IMG/VR virus record: IMGVR_UViG_3300029305_005387
From: a virus
Lineage: Duplodnaviria > Caudoviricetes
Direction: 5' to 3' (one strand)
DNA length: 64,000 bases
In this document: positions 59,665-64,000 of the stretch, in pieces
Layout: every line of letters starts with the position of its first letter
Position numbering within the stretch: the first letter of the stretch is position 1
Position numbers and translations under genes: made by a program
The notes under the pieces: generated by a model
Database searches by the model: none
Told to the model about the DNA's origin: nothing
What the model saw: the letters and a program-made list of their open reading frames with translations, nothing else

Positions 59665-60528
59665 TTAGTCAAGATAAGCGTTGTCGCCAGTGTAAGGATC
59701 AGTGTTAGCAAATGCAGTAGCAACAGCAGAGCTGATGGTATCTTCTGCAATAGCTTCCATGATCAAGTTCTTCAACTCGTTAACGCTTGCATCGCTCTTA
59801 TCCCAGTAATTGGACAAGGAGATGGAAGTGTCACCAACACAAAGCCATTCGTAAGTATCTTCACCAGTCTTGTTGTAGATGTAAAGGTTGTAAGTAGTGT
59901 CTTCAACCTGAGCAACGTTTGCATAGATTGCATCGTCATCAGCTACAACATCAGTAGTTACAGTACCGTCTACAACCTTGTATACAACACCAGTATCAGG
60001 ATCTACGTAAGCTTCGTATCCATCACTAGCAGCATGAGAACCATCTGCAGCCAACAGGAAACCATCGTTACCTACAGAGTAGCTAGGTTCATCATGCTGA
60101 AGATAGATCACGTCAGTCTTAGCTTCACCAGCAGGTACCTGAGTTTCGATGTCACCAGTTACTACCTGATAAGTCAAGTGAGTAAGAGCAGAGATTTCAG
60201 TACGAACCTTTGCAATTTCACCATATACAGTAGCAGTAGTAGCACCGTCAGCTGCAGTACCAATTGCATTCTTAAGAGCCTTAACCTTGTCAAGTACAGT
60301 ATTACCAGTACCGTCAATAGTAGTATCGAAGTTATCGATATTACCAATCAAGCCAAGCAATACCTTTGCAGCAAGAACGTGATTGTCATCATTGTATGCA
60401 TCAGCAGTGATGCCTACAGTAGAATCAATGATACGTTCCTTGATACGAGAGTTAGCTCCACGCAGGATATAAGTCGCTAGTGCCTGCACACCAGATTCAT
60501 CGAGGAAATTGAATTTTTCAACTGCCAT
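59665..60528 (-). CDS. Putative abundant virion protein (paralog family)
   Basis: FNFLDESG, VTGDI, IYLQHD, CVGDTSISLSNYWDK. Many C-ending and AAG codons suggest high expression. Confidence 0.75.
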   Translation of the reverse strand: MAVEKFNFLDESGVQALATYILRGANSRIKERIIDSTVGITADAYNDDNHVLAAKVLLGLIGNIDNFDTTIDGTGNTVLDKVKALKNAIGTAADGATTATVYGEIAKVRTEISALTHLTYQVVTGDIETQVPAGEAKTDVIYLQHDEPSYSVGNDGFLLAADGSHAASDGYEAYVDPDTGVVYKVVDGTVTTDVVADDDAIYANVAQVEDTTYNLYIYNKTGEDTYEWLCVGDTSISLSNYWDKSDASVNELKNLIMEAIAEDTISSAVATAFANTDPYTGDNAYLD

Positions 60529-60614
60529 AATTGAGTCATCCTTTCTATTCTTTTTATAGTTTTGAGATTTGTTATAATGGATATTCCACTATTACATTAT
60601 TTGTTATTCTGTAA

Positions 60615-61409
60615 TTATTCTGTAGTAACCGTAGAAGTATACTCTACGTTAATAGTAGCATCTTCCTTAGGCATTACACCACTAATTACAGTTTGAGTAG
60701 TTGTGTAACCATCAACTACTGGGGATTCAACTTCATAGTCTTCACCAGAAGTTACCTTAGCTGAATATGCTTCAGCAACAGAATTTCCTTCAGTATCAAC
60801 ATAGTTAATAGTTAAAGTGAACTGAGATGGGAATGCATCTGTTTTAAGCATAGCTTCATCAAGAATTGCAGTAAGTTCATCAGCTTCAATACCATTGAGA
60901 TCTTCAGAACTTACTTTACCACCTACAACTTCAGCCAAAGCTTCGATGTCACTAGTAATTGTATCAATTCCAAGTGCAACACGGAGCTCAGCGATGTCTC
61001 CTTCTGATTTGGACCAGTAACCACTTAGATCAATATCAGTATTACCAAGGCAGAACCAACTACCAGTAGTTTCTTCTTCAGTAGTATCTGTGATCCAAAC
61101 GTACATCATCCAAGTTGTATCTTCTTCAGAGTCACGCTGTAGATATATGAAATTACTAGATCTTTCAGCTTCAGGAACCTGAACATCAATATCTCCAGTG
61201 ACAGTTTTAAAGCTAGTATGTTTGCTATTCTGAATAGCTTTATACACAGCTAATGCACTAGGAGTATGATTATCATCACTAGAAGCATTTACTTCAGTAA
61301 CAATACGTTCTGCAATCTTAGTATTGACACTCTGTAAGATGCCTTTAGTAAGTTCTTTCACACCTGCACGATCTAGAAATTCATATTTCATAATTTCATT
61401 GATATCCAT
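60615..61409 (-). CDS. Putative virion protein (paralog family) with a C-terminal MucBP-like domain
   Basis: YEFLDRAG, VTGDI, IYLQRDSEEDTTW, then LTINYVDTEGNSVA...GEDYEVESPVVDGYT...GVMPKEDATINVEY. AACA-N6-TAA at 61435-61447. Confidence 0.8.
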   Translation of the reverse strand: MDINEIMKYEFLDRAGVKELTKGILQSVNTKIAERIVTEVNASSDDNHTPSALAVYKAIQNSKHTSFKTVTGDIDVQVPEAERSSNFIYLQRDSEEDTTWMMYVWITDTTEEETTGSWFCLGNTDIDLSGYWSKSEGDIAELRVALGIDTITSDIEALAEVVGGKVSSEDLNGIEADELTAILDEAMLKTDAFPSQFTLTINYVDTEGNSVAEAYSAKVTSGEDYEVESPVVDGYTTTQTVISGVMPKEDATINVEYTSTVTTE

Positions 61410-61457
61410 ACTTTTTACCCTCCTTCTTTCAGATTTATAGACTTGTTTCGTCTACAT

Positions 61458-61601
61458 TTATTCTTCTAATAAGGAGGTATCTTCTTCAATATTTTCAGAT
61501 TTTATGAATCGTTCATCAATTCTTGTATTTATTGCTTTAAACATCTCTTCAGCAAATTTTTGGATTTCTTCCACAGTCATGAGTTTCATAATATCATCCA
61601 T
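61458..61601 (-). CDS. Small protein (47 aa) resembling the N-terminal helix of the paralog family
   Basis: Below the track cutoff. GGGAGG SD, MDDIMKLMTVEEIQKFAEEMFKAINTRIDERFIKSENIEEDTSLLEE. Confidence 0.6.
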   Translation of the reverse strand: MDDIMKLMTVEEIQKFAEEMFKAINTRIDERFIKSENIEEDTSLLEE

Positions 61602-61630
61602 ATGAATATTATCCCTCCCTAAATAAAAGC

Positions 61631-63061
61631 TTACTCTTCAAATGAATCTCCCGTATCTTCATCCAGGCTTTCAAGCATTTCACTTATCCAATCATGAGAA
61701 ATCGGAGCAATTACTTCTTCTAATGTTTCTGTGACTGAATCAGAAATCTCTTCATCAATAGAATCATCGAATTTCTTTAATTCTTCAACTTCTTTTTGCA
61801 ATTCATCAATTTTCTTTAATAAAGCTTTAATAAACTTAGCTTTACTAGGAGGAATATTTGGTTTGATTGGAGGTTTTGTAGGCTTCTCAGGAAGTTCTGG
61901 AATCTCAGGATTTACTGTCTCTCCGCTTTCAGGATGTAAATCTTTAATCACAGAGACAAGTGTCTGAATACTTTCATTCAACTGATTGATGACTGTATTC
62001 TGTTCATAATCCATTTTGTTAATTCCAGATTGATTGTTCTGAGGATTACAATTACAAGAAGTATTTCCTTGAGTTTGATAATATGGAGATTTCAAAGCTT
62101 CTGCTATATAAGAGGAATCATTTACTACAATAATGTCATTCTTCCATATAGAGAATTTGAAAATAATTCTATGACCAGGATTGATTAAAAATGTTCTGTT
62201 CACATGAATAGTTCCACATGCCATTGCAAGTGTTTTAGTTCCCTTATGATTGATTTCTTCTAAATGAAGAATCATATCTTTATTTTCTTCGTCATAATGG
62301 TAGAATCTATTAAAGAAAGTCCATGTAGGAGGACAAAAACTTCTTTGGAAAGATTCATCAAACGAATGTCTTGTTTGAACCTGTTGGTGATAATTGTAAA
62401 TATCAGATTCACAACCATAAAAATATTCAACCATTTTAGGATCGTAGATCATACTCTGTTTAACTCTAGGAGTTTTTGGATCATTTTTAACACATTCATA
62501 GAACATCTGAATTGATGTAATACGAAGCATCATCGGTTCAGTACCATGAGTAAATTGATCAATAGTTGAAACCATTGAATTACAGAAGTTTACAACAATA
62601 GCATTGTCATTAATATCACTCTGGTTAATAGCCATGAAATAATTGCGTTCAGGAATCCTGATTGTTTCAATTGCAGAACGAAGAACTTGACCAGTTCTCT
62701 TATTTTCTAACTGATAATTTACTCTCAACATTATACCTTTACGAAACACAGGTAACTGATGTTCAAGCATATCATAATTATTTTTAATAAGAGTAATCAA
62801 ATCATTCTGTTTTGTCATATTACCAATGATATTGAGACCACCATCAGAAGCACGTTTTCCAATATCGTCAATACTAATATCAACAATAGTTCTCATACAT
62901 TCAGATTGATCAATAAAGATTTCACTCTTAATGATGGAACTATCTATTTGTTGAAAAGATCTTTGATCTAGGTACTCTGCTACAAGATAAGGAATCCCAT
63001 TTAAATTGAGATATGCATTTGTATGTACAGAATTCTGATCACAACACGTACAGTTGTTCAT
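61631..63061 (-). CDS. Putative virion protein (beta-rich N-domain, Pro-rich linker, coiled-coil tail)
   Basis: 476-aa ORF, AGGAG SD, AACA-N6-TAA motif at 63108-63120. Confidence 0.65.
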   Translation of the reverse strand: MNNCTCCDQNSVHTNAYLNLNGIPYLVAEYLDQRSFQQIDSSIIKSEIFIDQSECMRTIVDISIDDIGKRASDGGLNIIGNMTKQNDLITLIKNNYDMLEHQLPVFRKGIMLRVNYQLENKRTGQVLRSAIETIRIPERNYFMAINQSDINDNAIVVNFCNSMVSTIDQFTHGTEPMMLRITSIQMFYECVKNDPKTPRVKQSMIYDPKMVEYFYGCESDIYNYHQQVQTRHSFDESFQRSFCPPTWTFFNRFYHYDEENKDMILHLEEINHKGTKTLAMACGTIHVNRTFLINPGHRIIFKFSIWKNDIIVVNDSSYIAEALKSPYYQTQGNTSCNCNPQNNQSGINKMDYEQNTVINQLNESIQTLVSVIKDLHPESGETVNPEIPELPEKPTKPPIKPNIPPSKAKFIKALLKKIDELQKEVEELKKFDDSIDEEISDSVTETLEEVIAPISHDWISEMLESLDEDTGDSFEE

Positions 63062-63121
63062 ATCTATATCTCCTTTCTTAAAATAAATTGGAATTCAATG
63101 TTATCCATTACTGATCTGTTT

Positions 63122-64000
63122 TCAGTTAAGTCCGAGGATTTTACGCATAATAAATATGATAATTGGTGTATAAAGATAAATATCTTTATGATATACGGAA
63201 GATATTAATGCATCTGCTGTATATAATGAAATATCAGTCATTGAAATATCTGATTTATTAATATACTTCCAAATCAATTTTTCATATTCGTTAATAGGTT
63301 CTTCACTTGTATTCATGAAAGCATTAAATTGGACATCATCGAAATATGAATATTGAAGATGTCTATCATTGGTATTGAGAGGATGTATTACTTGAACATC
63401 ATCTTCTCCCCATTCTACAAAAGAAGAATATCTATATTCAGATGCATATCGTAAATTGAAATTAAATTTCTGAAGTAATCTTGCAGGTGCACCTAATTCC
63501 AGCCAACTGAAAATAGAATTATTATATTTAATTGGTAACATTGAATCTCTTAGCTTATCTTGTAATACTATTACTTTACCTGAATTTGAGAAGTTCATTA
63601 AACTATATTTGCCGATAAACTCATTGGCACACATATCAAACCATCGATCACCATTTTCATCTTTGTATAAAAAACAATTATGTTTTTCATCATAGAACAA
63701 TGCTCTATATGATACAATCATCTGGTTAATCATTTGAAGAATCTGACCTTTAGTCACGAAATCATCTTCTCTAATAATTGGATTTAAATTTGTACCAATG
63801 GCATTTAATTCAGTATGATATTTATCAATGACTTGATATGTTCTTAATTTCTGAATTGATTCATGAGATGTGGTTTGTAAATGATATCTAATCTTATAAA
63901 ATCCATCAGGTTTCATACTATCATAAGATACATTGGTTACCTGAAATAGATGAATCATTTTCAAATGTTTTACGATGAAAAGGTCCATTGGTTTAGGAAC
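63122..64000 (-). CDS. Partial CDS (5' end outside the window), probably structural
   Basis: Frame stays open to the window edge upstream of the called Met at 63988. Confidence 0.7.
   Translation of the reverse strand, partial: VPKPMDLFIVKHLKMIHLFQVTNVSYDSMKPDGFYKIRYHLQTTSHESIQKLRTYQVIDKYHTELNAIGTNLNPIIREDDFVTKGQILQMINQMIVSYRALFYDEKHNCFLYKDENGDRWFDMCANEFIGKYSLMNFSNSGKVIVLQDKLRDSMLPIKYNNSIFSWLELGAPARLLQKFNFNLRYASEYRYSSFVEWGEDDVQVIHPLNTNDRHLQYSYFDDVQFNAFMNTSEEPINEYEKLIWKYINKSDISMTDISLYTADALISSVYHKDIYLYTPIIIFIMRKILGLN

Noticed and set aside
1-64000. Stop-codon reassignment (TAG or TGA recoding, as seen in some gut phages)
   Set aside because: Long genes are intact in the standard code. The TGA at 14390-14392 and the TAG ending 30340..30531 are each followed within a few codons by another stop, so read-through gains nothing.
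1-64000. tRNA, rRNA or group I/II intron
   Set aside because: Intergenic gaps are short and accounted for by terminators and promoters. No cloverleaf or intron-split gene was recognised by eye, although a covariance-model search was not possible.

Overview
AT-rich, densely coding window read in the standard genetic code, with frequent strand switches, strong Firmicutes-type GGAGG Shine-Dalgarno sites and about 20 near-perfect hairpin terminators. The content fits a jumbo phage of the phiKZ/AR9 (PBS1)-like type, probably infecting an anaerobic gut Firmicute (inferred). It carries a multisubunit RNA polymerase beta'-like subunit, RecA/UvsX, an SF2 helicase, a 5'-3' exonuclease, uracil-DNA glycosylase, a cold-shock protein, a lytic transglycosylase, and many large virion, baseplate and tail-fibre-like proteins. 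The main finding lies inside the tail-fibre region (44.9-50.8 kb). It is a radical SAM/SPASM enzyme whose CxxxCxxC motif is interrupted by a mini-intein, next to a ~750-aa protein with about 88 cysteines in CxxxC repeats and a small candidate accessory protein. This looks like a RiPP-type CXXX-repeat modification system that may act on a virion protein. Two recurrent phage promoter motifs can be read directly: NATATATT(C/A)T before non-structural genes and an AR9-late-like (A/G)ACN-N6-TAA mostly before structural genes. Also present are a free-standing degenerate intein, a Dda/RecD-like helicase that has lost its catalytic motifs, a gene split at a C6 tract, and two MucBP-domain proteins. All family assignments come from motif recognition by eye; no database searches were run.
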